NCBI GenBank assembly: GCA_963697895.1
Contig: OY969100.1
Span: forward strand, 1,120,001 to 1,184,000
DNA length: 64,000 nucleotides
Reading direction: 5' to 3'
Origin: an uncultured Methanomicrobiales archaeon
GTDB lineage: Archaea > Halobacteriota > Methanomicrobia > Methanomicrobiales > Methanospirillaceae
In this document: positions 1 to 8,781 of the stretch, in pieces
Layout: every line of letters begins with the position of its first letter
Position numbering within the stretch: position 1 is the stretch's first letter
The notes under the pieces: model-generated
Seen by the model: the letters and a program-made list of their open reading frames with translations, nothing else
Database searches by the model: none
What the model was told of the DNA's origin: nothing
Translations under genes and position numbers: made by a program

Positions 1-98
1 TTGGTACCATCTGTCGGGGGATCCTCCCCCGTTGCCCTGTAAGCAATTCGTTCGGGCCTTTCCTGTCCTCATTGATGCGGGGGTCCTGGTTGTCTGTA

Positions 99-195
99 TT
101 GAAAAACCCCCGGACCCCTGATGTTACCGCTTGAAAAACCACCGGGACCCCTGATGTTCCCGCTTAAAAAACCCCCGGACCCCGGTGTCACCGGC
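99..195. repeat. imperfect tandem repeat, 3 x 32-33 bp
   Basis: Units ttgaaaaacccccggacccctgatgttaccgc (99-130), ttgaaaaaccaccgggacccctgatgttcccgc (131-163) and ttaaaaaacccccggaccccggtgtcaccggc (164-195). Confidence 0.85.
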
Positions 196-324
196 TTAAA
201 AGACTCCCGTCCAGAACTGGTACCGCCAGACTGCACCGCCGATTATCACCAACAGGATGAGTGCAAATAAGACTACCCACCAATACCATTTCATGCTCTT
301 CCCTCCCGGAAAAAAATAGATTTT

Positions 325-582
325 TCACATACCCAGCAGTTTCTTTTTCATGGCAGCAAATTCTTCATCCGTTAATGCACCGGATTTATGGAGATTGTTC
401 AGTTTTTCAAGCTCGGCAGTGACATCCTTGGTGGCTGGTGCCGCGGCCTGCGCCTGGGCTGCCCCCTCCTGCTTTGCCTGTTCTACCGCGGCCTGCTGCT
501 GGGACTGCGCCTGAGCCTGCTGCTGGGCTTTCTGTTCTCCCATCTTCATCCCTGCTACGAGCATTAATCCTCTTCCTCTCAT
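325..582 (-). CDS. SHOCT domain small protein
   Basis: Q/A-rich linker followed by a C-terminal 'ELEKLNNLHKSGALTDEEFAAMKKKLLG' SHOCT motif; directly downstream of the DUF6325-like gene. Confidence 0.85.
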   Translation of the reverse strand: MRGRGLMLVAGMKMGEQKAQQQAQAQSQQQAAVEQAKQEGAAQAQAAAPATKDVTAELEKLNNLHKSGALTDEEFAAMKKKLLGM

Positions 583-584
583 CT

Positions 585-1034
585 TCAGGCACCTCCTTGT
601 GCTTTTAAGTGTTTTTCCGCCTTCGCAATCGATTCCGGCGGGATCCGTCCCATGTCGATCAGTTCGGCATCGGATTCAAGCAATGCTTCCTTGAACTTGA
701 TCGCCCAGATGTTCTCGAAGAGAAGGAGGCCGGCAGAGGAGTTGTTCGGCAATGATGCCGCTATCGCCTCGATGTCCCCTTCGGAGAACCATTCCTCCGC
801 ATGCTTTGCCACCTCACGAAATGCCTTGCCCGCCTCTCCCTCCAGGTTCTTGGGCTCGACCATCATCAGTTTTCCTTTCGCATCCTTCATGACCAGGACC
901 ACATCGATCACCCGGATTATTCCCTGCTCCTCAAGGTTGTTCAGCTCGGGGGCAATCTTCCCGGAAAACTTGTTCCCCGGGAACCGGACCATCAGGTAGT
1001 CCACCGGGCCCATCACTTTGCCATGTTGTGCCAT
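585..1034 (-). CDS. DUF6325-like hypothetical protein
   Basis: 'MGPVDYLMVRFPG...IRVID...SAGLLLFENIWA...GRIP' pattern; start placed at ATG 1034. Confidence 0.75.
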   Translation of the reverse strand: MAQHGKVMGPVDYLMVRFPGNKFSGKIAPELNNLEEQGIIRVIDVVLVMKDAKGKLMMVEPKNLEGEAGKAFREVAKHAEEWFSEGDIEAIAASLPNNSSAGLLLFENIWAIKFKEALLESDAELIDMGRIPPESIAKAEKHLKAQGGA

Positions 1035-1234
1035 AAGTATCCCTCTATAAATTGTCCCGAAACTTCGGGCCTGATCAGGTAACATGCAGACTTAAATTAT
1101 AAAGGTTGCTGTCCCGCAGAGCGTGGTGGAAATAATGAAAACTTCCCTGGAACGCATTCCGTGACCTGAACGTCTGGACGTTTGGAGCTGAATGAGCGAA
1201 AGATATTTTAGGATATTCGTATACCTGACCTCCT

Positions 1235-1609
1235 ATGCCGAACCTTGCATATTTCGAAGTGCCGGCGGACGACCTGAAACGGGCAAAGAGGTTCTACAAG
1301 GACCTGCTCGGCTGGGAGTTCGCAAAGGCCGAAAACCCCGATATCAAGATGGAATACTGGATGATCACCACGGGACCTGCCGAAGAAGGAACCATCAACA
1401 TGGGAGGCATGTTCCAGAAACCGGTTCCGATGACCGGAATCGTCGCCTACGCCAGGGTCGAAGACCTCGACAGGCACCTCGCACGTGTGGAAAAACTGGG
1501 AGGAAAGATCGTCATGCCGAAGATGACCGTCAACATGGTCGGGAGCATGGCCCACATCCTCGATTCCGAAGGGAACGTGATCGCCCTCTGGGAACCGGAG
1601 AAGAGGTAG
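1235..1609 (+). CDS. VOC/glyoxalase family protein
   Basis: 'YFEVPADDLKRAKRFYKDLLGW...GGKIV...DSEGNVIALWE'. Confidence 0.9.
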   Translation: MPNLAYFEVPADDLKRAKRFYKDLLGWEFAKAENPDIKMEYWMITTGPAEEGTINMGGMFQKPVPMTGIVAYARVEDLDRHLARVEKLGGKIVMPKMTVNMVGSMAHILDSEGNVIALWEPEKR

Positions 1610-1624
1610 GGGAACGGGGGAAAC

Positions 1625-1648
1625 GGAGCCTTTACAGGTTCTTTTTTT
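1625..1648 (+). terminator. putative terminator (short hairpin plus T run)
   Basis: gagcc-tttaca-ggttc followed by a T run, between convergent genes. Confidence 0.4.
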
Positions 1649-1769
1649 AAATCAATGACATGATCTTTACTGCCACACGCACACGGGATTAGCATAATCC
1701 AGGCCATTCCGTTTACGATGGGTAAAGATGCCCGTCTTCTTAAAAAATGATCCGGACGGGAAAAAAAAT

Positions 1770-2636
1770 CTATGTGTTGTAGGGCGGGGACTCGGTATTG
1801 CCGAGGAATGCCAGTGCATTCTCCCCGTACTCGACGGGTGCCCACCGGGACCCGATATGGGGGAGGTCCTTGAACCGCACGAGCCACGATCCATTGATCT
1901 GCCCGGTCATCTGGACCGTAACCGACTCGGGAGTCAATACGTCTGCGGTACCCACGACGAGCATGACATCCTTATGGATACCGGAAAGATCGGCCCAGGT
2001 CCCGTTCCACGCGAGGTTCGCCGCTGCCTCCCGGTGAACGCCTTCAGTCTGGTTGGGATCGGCACCGGAGACTTCAATGATATCGAACAGGAGTTTTGTC
2101 TGGGGAATCCGGATGCTGTATGTTACGGAATCCAGGACCAGTTTTCGTACGCGTTCAGGGTGATCGATGACCAGCTGCTGAGAGACCGAAGAACCCATCG
2201 AGACTCCGTACACATTCATACTGTCATAGCCGAGAGCAGACATGAGCGCCGCGGCATCATCAGAGTACAGAGCAATAGAGGGGGTCGCATTATTGTCACT
2301 GCTATATCCCATTCCCCGGTGGTCATAGGTATAGACATGGTATTTCGATGCAAGGATACCGATAAAAGTCTCGTTCCACGCATTTATGGTCTGGGCGAAC
2401 CCCTCGACCATGAGGAGCGGTTCACCGGATCCGAATTCCCGGTATCCCAGGGTAACCCCGTTGACCTGGGCATACTGGACGGGTGTTGTGTTGAACGATA
2501 CGGGCTGCGGGGGGGCAACTGCCTGACCTCCCGGCGGGCAGGTGACGGGAGTACTGACGGTACTTATACACCCTGCCGTCGCGAGGAGGCATACCATGAC
2601 GGCGATCACCACGGTGACCATCTTTGTCTTGTGCAT
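1770..2636 (-). CDS. secreted/lipoprotein alpha/beta hydrolase
   Basis: Lipobox-like 'ATAGC', 'YDHRGMGYS', nucleophile motif 'GVSMG'. Confidence 0.85.
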   Translation of the reverse strand: MHKTKMVTVVIAVMVCLLATAGCISTVSTPVTCPPGGQAVAPPQPVSFNTTPVQYAQVNGVTLGYREFGSGEPLLMVEGFAQTINAWNETFIGILASKYHVYTYDHRGMGYSSDNNATPSIALYSDDAAALMSALGYDSMNVYGVSMGSSVSQQLVIDHPERVRKLVLDSVTYSIRIPQTKLLFDIIEVSGADPNQTEGVHREAAANLAWNGTWADLSGIHKDVMLVVGTADVLTPESVTVQMTGQINGSWLVRFKDLPHIGSRWAPVEYGENALAFLGNTESPPYNT

Positions 2637-2776
2637 TAAAATCCTCTCAATCCATGAGTCAACAGGTAGCACTCTTATATACACCAAAATTTCAATATTT
2701 CGGTTCTGCTTTTTGTTTTATGGGTAAACGATCATCCGTTCCATTTCTTTTTAAAAAAAATGAACCGGGTACCCGA

Positions 2777-3580
2777 TCATTCGGGAACTGCCGGTTCTCC
2801 CGCGGAATTGTAGAGGAGAGCGATATATCGTGAATAGAATACCGCGATGAACGGGGAGACAATGAGCTGGAGGATGCCGCCGATGTACGGAATAATCCCG
2901 ATGATGACCTCGACGATCACCACGATGACCACCACGACGATCAGGGCAAGGATATAGGAACCCCAGCCGATCCTGCGGATCGTATCCACGATGCCATGGA
3001 AATGGAATGCCTCGCCGGTACGTCCCGTCTTGGCAAACCGTACCACACCGATGATGGCAAAGAGGCCGATGATGAACCCCACGACCAGGGCGAGGAGAAT
3101 GCCGGCGAAGAGCCCGCCGAGGATCGGCACCAGCTCCTCAAAGCTGGGTTCTGCGGAGAAGAGTCCTTTGGACATTGCCGAGAAGAGCACGGACCCGATC
3201 GTCACGCCAATGATGATGATAACCGGGATCGAGTAGACAATCTGGATGGCGATATACCGGATTCCATTGGCAAACAATTTGCCGTATCCGGACACCGCCG
3301 GTAACGGCGTTTCTCCACCCAGGACCCGCACCTGGTACCCCGAGTAGAATGCGGCGAGGATGATGGCCGCGATGAACGCGATGACGAATACCCCCACCAT
3401 GGTCGGAATATCCGGGACCGCCCCCGTAATCAGGGAAGGCACAAAGACTGCCACGCCCACGAAGAAGGGGATCGCCGGTAAGAGGGTCAGGATGATCAAT
3501 ATAATCCATGTCACGGGTTTTCCAAAGAGACCGTCCTTCGTGTATGCAAAGGAATCCCCGAGTAGTTTGCCGATGTCCAT
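2777..3580 (-). CDS. DUF4013-type membrane protein
   Basis: 'MDIGKLLGDSFAYTK...W..LI', 'SGYQVRV', 'RFAKTG..GEAF'; multiple TM segments. Confidence 0.8.
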   Translation of the reverse strand: MDIGKLLGDSFAYTKDGLFGKPVTWIILIILTLLPAIPFFVGVAVFVPSLITGAVPDIPTMVGVFVIAFIAAIILAAFYSGYQVRVLGGETPLPAVSGYGKLFANGIRYIAIQIVYSIPVIIIIGVTIGSVLFSAMSKGLFSAEPSFEELVPILGGLFAGILLALVVGFIIGLFAIIGVVRFAKTGRTGEAFHFHGIVDTIRRIGWGSYILALIVVVVIVVIVEVIIGIIPYIGGILQLIVSPFIAVFYSRYIALLYNSAGEPAVPE

Positions 3581-3787
3581 TTTTTAACTCACCACTGATC
3601 TTGTATTTGATTCGGATGAACCGATAAAGGTATTTCGTGAACTCGCGATTCCCGGAAAGAGGGAACATGACGGATTAAATCCAAAAAGAGGTTTTTTTCC
3701 GAACAAGAGATCGGATGAATCCAAAAAACCAGGGAAAATCCAAAAAAAAAAATATTCCGAAAGGAACCGACTCTGCCCTTCCCGGTC

Positions 3788-4453
3788 CTATAGACGGCTG
3801 ACCGCCTTGGGCGATAACCCGTGGATCTCCCGGATCCTCAGGAATATCCCGATCGCGAAGACCTCTGTCCAGAGGAAGATGATCCCGACCAGGATCCGCT
3901 GCAGGAGCCCGGCGATATCCGGGAACGATAAGAATACCGGCAGCACTACCAGGGTCAGCACCGCGGTGGCCAGGGAGTACTGCCAGAATCCGCCCCATCC
4001 CCTCTCCCGGTGCATGACGTACGAAAAGGTCAGTGCGGCAAGCAAAGCCGCTACGATCGCAATGAGGCCGAGCAGGAGGTGCACGTTCCCGGACGTGGTC
4101 ACCGCTATGCATCCCTGGTCGCAGTGATAGAACCCCATCGCGATGAAAGACAGCCCGGCTCCTGCCACCATCACCGAACCGAAGATCACCCGCCGCAGGG
4201 GCCGGAATACCCGGAATGTCGCATAGCTGAACCCCACCAGGAGAATACCGACCAGGCCGAATCCCACGACATTCATGAGCTGGGCATACGGTTCGCCGGG
4301 TACCCCGAGCTCGCTCATCAGCTGGGTCACCGGGTCATATCCCGGGGTCAGGTACCCGGCGACGAGCACGGTTACGGCAAAGAGGGCGGGAGCGGCCATC
4401 CCGCAGAGGGCAGAAGCGGTGACGGGGGAGAGGGAGCGGATCGTGTTCATCAT
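3788..4453 (-). CDS. DUF998 family membrane protein
   Basis: 'PGYDPVTQLMSELG', 'CDQGC', 'GLLQRI'. Confidence 0.8.
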   Translation of the reverse strand: MMNTIRSLSPVTASALCGMAAPALFAVTVLVAGYLTPGYDPVTQLMSELGVPGEPYAQLMNVVGFGLVGILLVGFSYATFRVFRPLRRVIFGSVMVAGAGLSFIAMGFYHCDQGCIAVTTSGNVHLLLGLIAIVAALLAALTFSYVMHRERGWGGFWQYSLATAVLTLVVLPVFLSFPDIAGLLQRILVGIIFLWTEVFAIGIFLRIREIHGLSPKAVSRL

Positions 4454-4640
4454 TATCCTGAGACCTTCTGAAGGTTTGAAGATTTTCCCGGGGCGCATCC
4501 TCCCGGGAGAGAAAAATAATTGCGACCGTTCATTCCAAAAAGTCTCTTTCCCCAACCCGGGGTCTATTGTGACCCGGCCGGTATTCCGATAATTTTATAT
4601 TCCCAAATTATAATTCCCCAATATATATGGAGGGATAAAG

Positions 4641-5576
4641 ATGACAATGGATCGGCTCTCAAAGGCAGGGTATCAGGTTATCGCTGTTCCTGATACGGCA
4701 CTCACCCCCTGGACGATCATAGATGGGAATAAAGAAGAATTCAAGACCTTCGGTCCTATCTGGAAATTTACCAAAGAAAGTATACAGCCGGAGATAAACC
4801 AGGATATCATCGGACCTGATGTGTTACTGGAAGCATGCGACGACGTTATCGAAGCCAAAGCAGGATTTTCGATCCTGAACCGCCTGGGGCTGAAAGGTGC
4901 GGACCTTTCTTCAGAGTTTAAGAATGCCAATACCCTGCGCATCGTGTACTCGTCGATACTGAAAGATGCGATCGACCTGATCGACGTAAGCAGATATATT
5001 AAAACGCATCTTCCCGAGAAAGATTATTTTACAGAAGATTTTTTTGAAGCGCTGAATGACAAGGGTGATGCAGCCATCATCTTCGAGACATTGAAGTCCA
5101 ACGAGATCAACTTTGTCGCCTATAACGAGAAAGGGCTTGAAATCAAGGTAAACGCGGAGATGGAAGTGGCAACCGCGAAAGGAGAATTCAGGATATCGGC
5201 CACGAATGCGAACACGCTCTGTTACAAGGGCTCGAAACCGCTTGTTTTCGCGTACCAGGCATTACCGTTCTGGATTAATGAAAAAAATGCCGAATATCAG
5301 TTCAATTTCAGTGTAAACGAGAAGGTCGAAGCGACGATCGGGGGATACCCGACTATGGGAGGGGGAGGAGGACACGGAATGAAAGGAGACCGGCACTATA
5401 TGCGGGGAGGCGGGGGGACGCCTCGTACGGTATCCCGGAATCAAAAACGAATTATAACTCCGGAATATGTCAAATCTCTCGAAGACAAGGGGCTGCTTGA
5501 GAAACAGTTCAAGTCGGTTTTTAAGCCGGACTACAAGATCTATTCTCCAAACACCCTGCTAAAAAAAGTGGGGTGA
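4641..5576 (+). CDS. prokaryotic gasdermin-like pore-forming protein
   Basis: Motifs co-linear with bacterial gasdermins: 'L..AGYQVIAVPDTALTPW', 'AGFSIL..LG....SEFKNANTLRI', 'IIFETLKSNE', 'LCYKGSKPLVFAYQA'. RBS ggaggga upstream; visibly more AT-rich than the flanks. Confidence 0.8.
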   Translation: MTMDRLSKAGYQVIAVPDTALTPWTIIDGNKEEFKTFGPIWKFTKESIQPEINQDIIGPDVLLEACDDVIEAKAGFSILNRLGLKGADLSSEFKNANTLRIVYSSILKDAIDLIDVSRYIKTHLPEKDYFTEDFFEALNDKGDAAIIFETLKSNEINFVAYNEKGLEIKVNAEMEVATAKGEFRISATNANTLCYKGSKPLVFAYQALPFWINEKNAEYQFNFSVNEKVEATIGGYPTMGGGGGHGMKGDRHYMRGGGGTPRTVSRNQKRIITPEYVKSLEDKGLLEKQFKSVFKPDYKIYSPNTLLKKVG

Positions 5577-5752
5577 AAAAGGGGATTTATCCCTAATTTT
5601 TACTGAAAGCAATGATGGTAGGAATTCTCGGTGTTCCGGTTACTCCGGATCGAAATAATTTACAAGCATTCCGGGAACTCTACAGCGAAATACAGCCCCC
5701 ATACCATGCAGATTGTCGAATCGGCGGGCTGACAAAAAAATAAATTCTCCGC

Positions 5753-7177
5753 TCATCCCAGCGGGGACAGGAGGCGTGAGAACTGCTCCTTGGCACGGAT
5801 CCAGCGGGACCGCTTCGCGTAGGTCTCGGGGGTGATCTCCGTGCACCGGTGGAGGTCGTCCAAGAAGGCCTTCTTCAGCTGCCCGGCATACTCCGCACTG
5901 TACAGGAAGGCGTTCGCCTCGAAGTTGAGCCGGAATGACCGGATATCCCAGTTTGCGCTCCCGACCGAGGCCGCCTGCCCGTCGACCACGACGGTCTTTG
6001 CATGGATGAAACCGTTGTCGTAGGTGTACGCCTTCACCCCGGAATCGAGGAGATCCCCGATGAACGACAGCGTCGACCAGTACACGAACGGGTGATCGGG
6101 CTTGCAGGGGATCATGATCCGGACATCGACCCCGGTGAGGGCGGCAATACGTAAGGCGTCGCTGATGCTCTCGTCCGGGATGAAGTACGGGGTCTGGATG
6201 TAGATCGATTCGGTTGCACCGGTGACCAGTTTCAGGTATCCCTCCTTGATCTGGTTATAGCGGGCATCCGGGCCGCTCGAGACCGTCTGGACCGCACAGG
6301 TCCCGGTCCCCGGGATACGGGGGAAGTAAACCGGGTCCGGGGTGAGCTTGTCCTTTGCCGCGTAGTTCCAGTCGAGGATGAACCGGAGCTGCAGGCCGAG
6401 GACCCCCGGCCCGTCGATCTTCAGGGCGGCGTCCCGCCAGTCCCCGAGCGGTCCCTTGCCCAGGTATTCCTCGCCGATGTTGTACCCGCCGATATACCCG
6501 GTCTTCCCGTCGATGACCGCGATCTTCCGGTGGTTCCGGTAGTTGATCGTGTAGATCCGCGGGAAGAAGTCGGCATGTTTTCCCCCGGCCTCTTCGAGCT
6601 CGCGGAGCTGCTTCTTTTTGATCTTCATCCCGAGGTGATCGGAGAGGAGCCGGACCTCGACCCCTTCCCGTGCCTTCTCTGTAAGGAGGGCGATCACCTC
6701 CCGCCCGAGCGGGTCGTCCCGGATGATATAATACTGGAGATGGACGTGGTGGCGGGCGCCCCGGATCGCGTCCAGGAGTGACCGGAACTTCTCGGTCCCG
6801 TCCGTGAAGACTGTGATCCCGTTCTTCTCGGTCAGGATTGCCCGGTTGTTCTCCAAAAACATCCGGATGACCGGTTCGTACCGCCGGACCACCGGATCCT
6901 TCGAATCCGCAATCAGCCGGTCGAGATCCTCCACCTGGGCGGCGACGAGGTCCTGGATCCGGCGGTCATCCTCGGCTTTTAAGGTGAAGAGATGCCGCTT
7001 GGTCCAGTTCTGGCCAAAGAAGAGGTAGAGAAAGAACCCGACGACCGGGAGGAGCAGAAGGACGAGGATCCAGCCCAAAGCCGAGGACGGGCTCCTCCGC
7101 TCGAAGAATACGAGCATGAAGGCAAGGATGTACTGGACGATCAGGAATATTTCGACGATGGTCAGTCCGAGAGCCAT
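5753..7177 (-). CDS. cls: cardiolipin synthase (PLD superfamily)
   Basis: N-terminal PLDc_N TM pair ('W...LLLPVVGFFLYLFFG') and two HKD motifs, 'HRKIAVID' and 'HAKTVVVD'. Confidence 0.92.
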   Translation of the reverse strand: MALGLTIVEIFLIVQYILAFMLVFFERRSPSSALGWILVLLLLPVVGFFLYLFFGQNWTKRHLFTLKAEDDRRIQDLVAAQVEDLDRLIADSKDPVVRRYEPVIRMFLENNRAILTEKNGITVFTDGTEKFRSLLDAIRGARHHVHLQYYIIRDDPLGREVIALLTEKAREGVEVRLLSDHLGMKIKKKQLRELEEAGGKHADFFPRIYTINYRNHRKIAVIDGKTGYIGGYNIGEEYLGKGPLGDWRDAALKIDGPGVLGLQLRFILDWNYAAKDKLTPDPVYFPRIPGTGTCAVQTVSSGPDARYNQIKEGYLKLVTGATESIYIQTPYFIPDESISDALRIAALTGVDVRIMIPCKPDHPFVYWSTLSFIGDLLDSGVKAYTYDNGFIHAKTVVVDGQAASVGSANWDIRSFRLNFEANAFLYSAEYAGQLKKAFLDDLHRCTEITPETYAKRSRWIRAKEQFSRLLSPLG

Positions 7178-7564
7178 ACCTGATCCTGTTCTTCCCGATA
7201 TGATAAACTATCTTCGCGAAGAAGCGGATGAACGGTTTGCATCCTCCCCTGATTACTCCGAAAAGATCCCCTCTGTGAAGATTTTTTGAACCATTCCTGC
7301 CGGTATAAACGACAGATCGTTAACCCGGACCAGAATTTTTTTTTTTGACGTGTTATCGGCTGATTCGAGGAGATTCCTGTCCGTGATATCCGGAAGATCG
7401 TTGGACCTGACCAGAAAATACTTCTCTGTATTTCCGACAGATTTGAGGAAATTCATGCCCGATCTGATCATTGGGCCGCAGGATTTCTGCTCCCTCTCTC
7501 ACCCCGTGCATTCATATGGAAGCATGCCGAAGGCATGAGCTGGACAATCTGGGAGGAAAGACTG

Positions 7565-8707
7565 ATGTTGTACCGGAAGATGCAGAAGGCCGCCCCGGAA
7601 CTCTCGATCCTCGGGTTCGGGTGCATGCGCCTCCCCCTGCGGGAGAGCGGGCAGATCGACGAGGAACAGGCGACCGGCATGATCCGCTCCGCCATCGACC
7701 GGGGCGTGAACTATGTCGATACCGCGTACCCCTATCACAACGGCGAGAGCGAGCCGTTCGTGGGGAGGGCTCTGGCAGATGGGTACCGCGAGCGGGTGAA
7801 TCTCGCGACGAAGCTCCCGAGCTGGCTGATCAAGACCCGGGAGGACATGGACCGGTACCTCGACGAGCAGCTCGTGCGGCTGCAGACGGACCATATCGAT
7901 TTCTACCTCCTCCATGGCCTGGTACAGCCGTTCTGGGAGAACCTCTCGTCGCTCCGGGCCACGGAGTTCCTCGACGACGCGATCGCGGACGGCCGGATCC
8001 GGTATGCCGGGTTCTCGTTCCACGGCACCCTCCCCCTCTTCAAGGAGATCGTCGATGCGTACGACTGGACGTTTGCCCAGATCCAGTACAACTACATGGA
8101 TGAGCACTACCAGGCGGGTACGCCCGGGCTCCGGTACGCGGCGAAGAAGGGACTCGGGATCGTGATCATGGAACCGATCCGGGGCGGCCTCCTTGCAAAG
8201 GAGATCCCGGGGATAGCGGAGATCTGGGAGAGGGCCCCGGTCGAACGACCGCCCGCGGAGTGGGCGCTCCGCTGGGTCTGGAACCACCCCGAACCGACCG
8301 TCGTCCTCTCCGGCATGTCGACGCCGGAACAGGTCGATAAAAACATCGCGTGGGCGGAGAACGGCCTCCCCGGTTCACTGACGAAGAAAGAGCTCGGCCT
8401 GTACACCAAGGTCAGGAAGGAGTTCAAATCCCGGGCCGTCATCCCCTGCACCGGGTGCCAGTACTGCATGCCCTGTCCGCACGGGGTGAGCATCCCGGAG
8501 TGCTTCGAGTTCTTCAACCGCGGGCACATGTACGGGGATGCGGAGGATACCCGCCAGATCTATACGATGTTTCTCGGCGGGTTCTTCGACGGGATTCCCG
8601 GGTATGCATCGGTCTGCCAGGAGTGCGGCGATTGCGAGGAGAAGTGCCCGCAGGGCCTCCCCATCCGGGAGAACCTGAAGAAAGTGGCGGCATATTTCGG
8701 GAAATAA
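7565..8707 (+). CDS. aldo/keto reductase with C-terminal Fe-S domain
   Basis: 'LGFGCMRLP', 'DTAYPYH', 'CTGCQYCMPCP' and 'CQECGDCEEKCP'. Confidence 0.9.
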   Translation: MLYRKMQKAAPELSILGFGCMRLPLRESGQIDEEQATGMIRSAIDRGVNYVDTAYPYHNGESEPFVGRALADGYRERVNLATKLPSWLIKTREDMDRYLDEQLVRLQTDHIDFYLLHGLVQPFWENLSSLRATEFLDDAIADGRIRYAGFSFHGTLPLFKEIVDAYDWTFAQIQYNYMDEHYQAGTPGLRYAAKKGLGIVIMEPIRGGLLAKEIPGIAEIWERAPVERPPAEWALRWVWNHPEPTVVLSGMSTPEQVDKNIAWAENGLPGSLTKKELGLYTKVRKEFKSRAVIPCTGCQYCMPCPHGVSIPECFEFFNRGHMYGDAEDTRQIYTMFLGGFFDGIPGYASVCQECGDCEEKCPQGLPIRENLKKVAAYFGK

Positions 8708-8781
8708 CGAGGAGTGCTGTTGCAGATGCGAAGCCTGGATGCATGGGCAGTTCACGGAATGGAGGGTCTCTGGTGATCGGT

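Noticed and set aside
8350-8781. N-terminal extension of the patatin ORF
   Set aside because: It overlaps the aldo/keto reductase gene in another frame; ATG 8782 gives a normal patatin protein.
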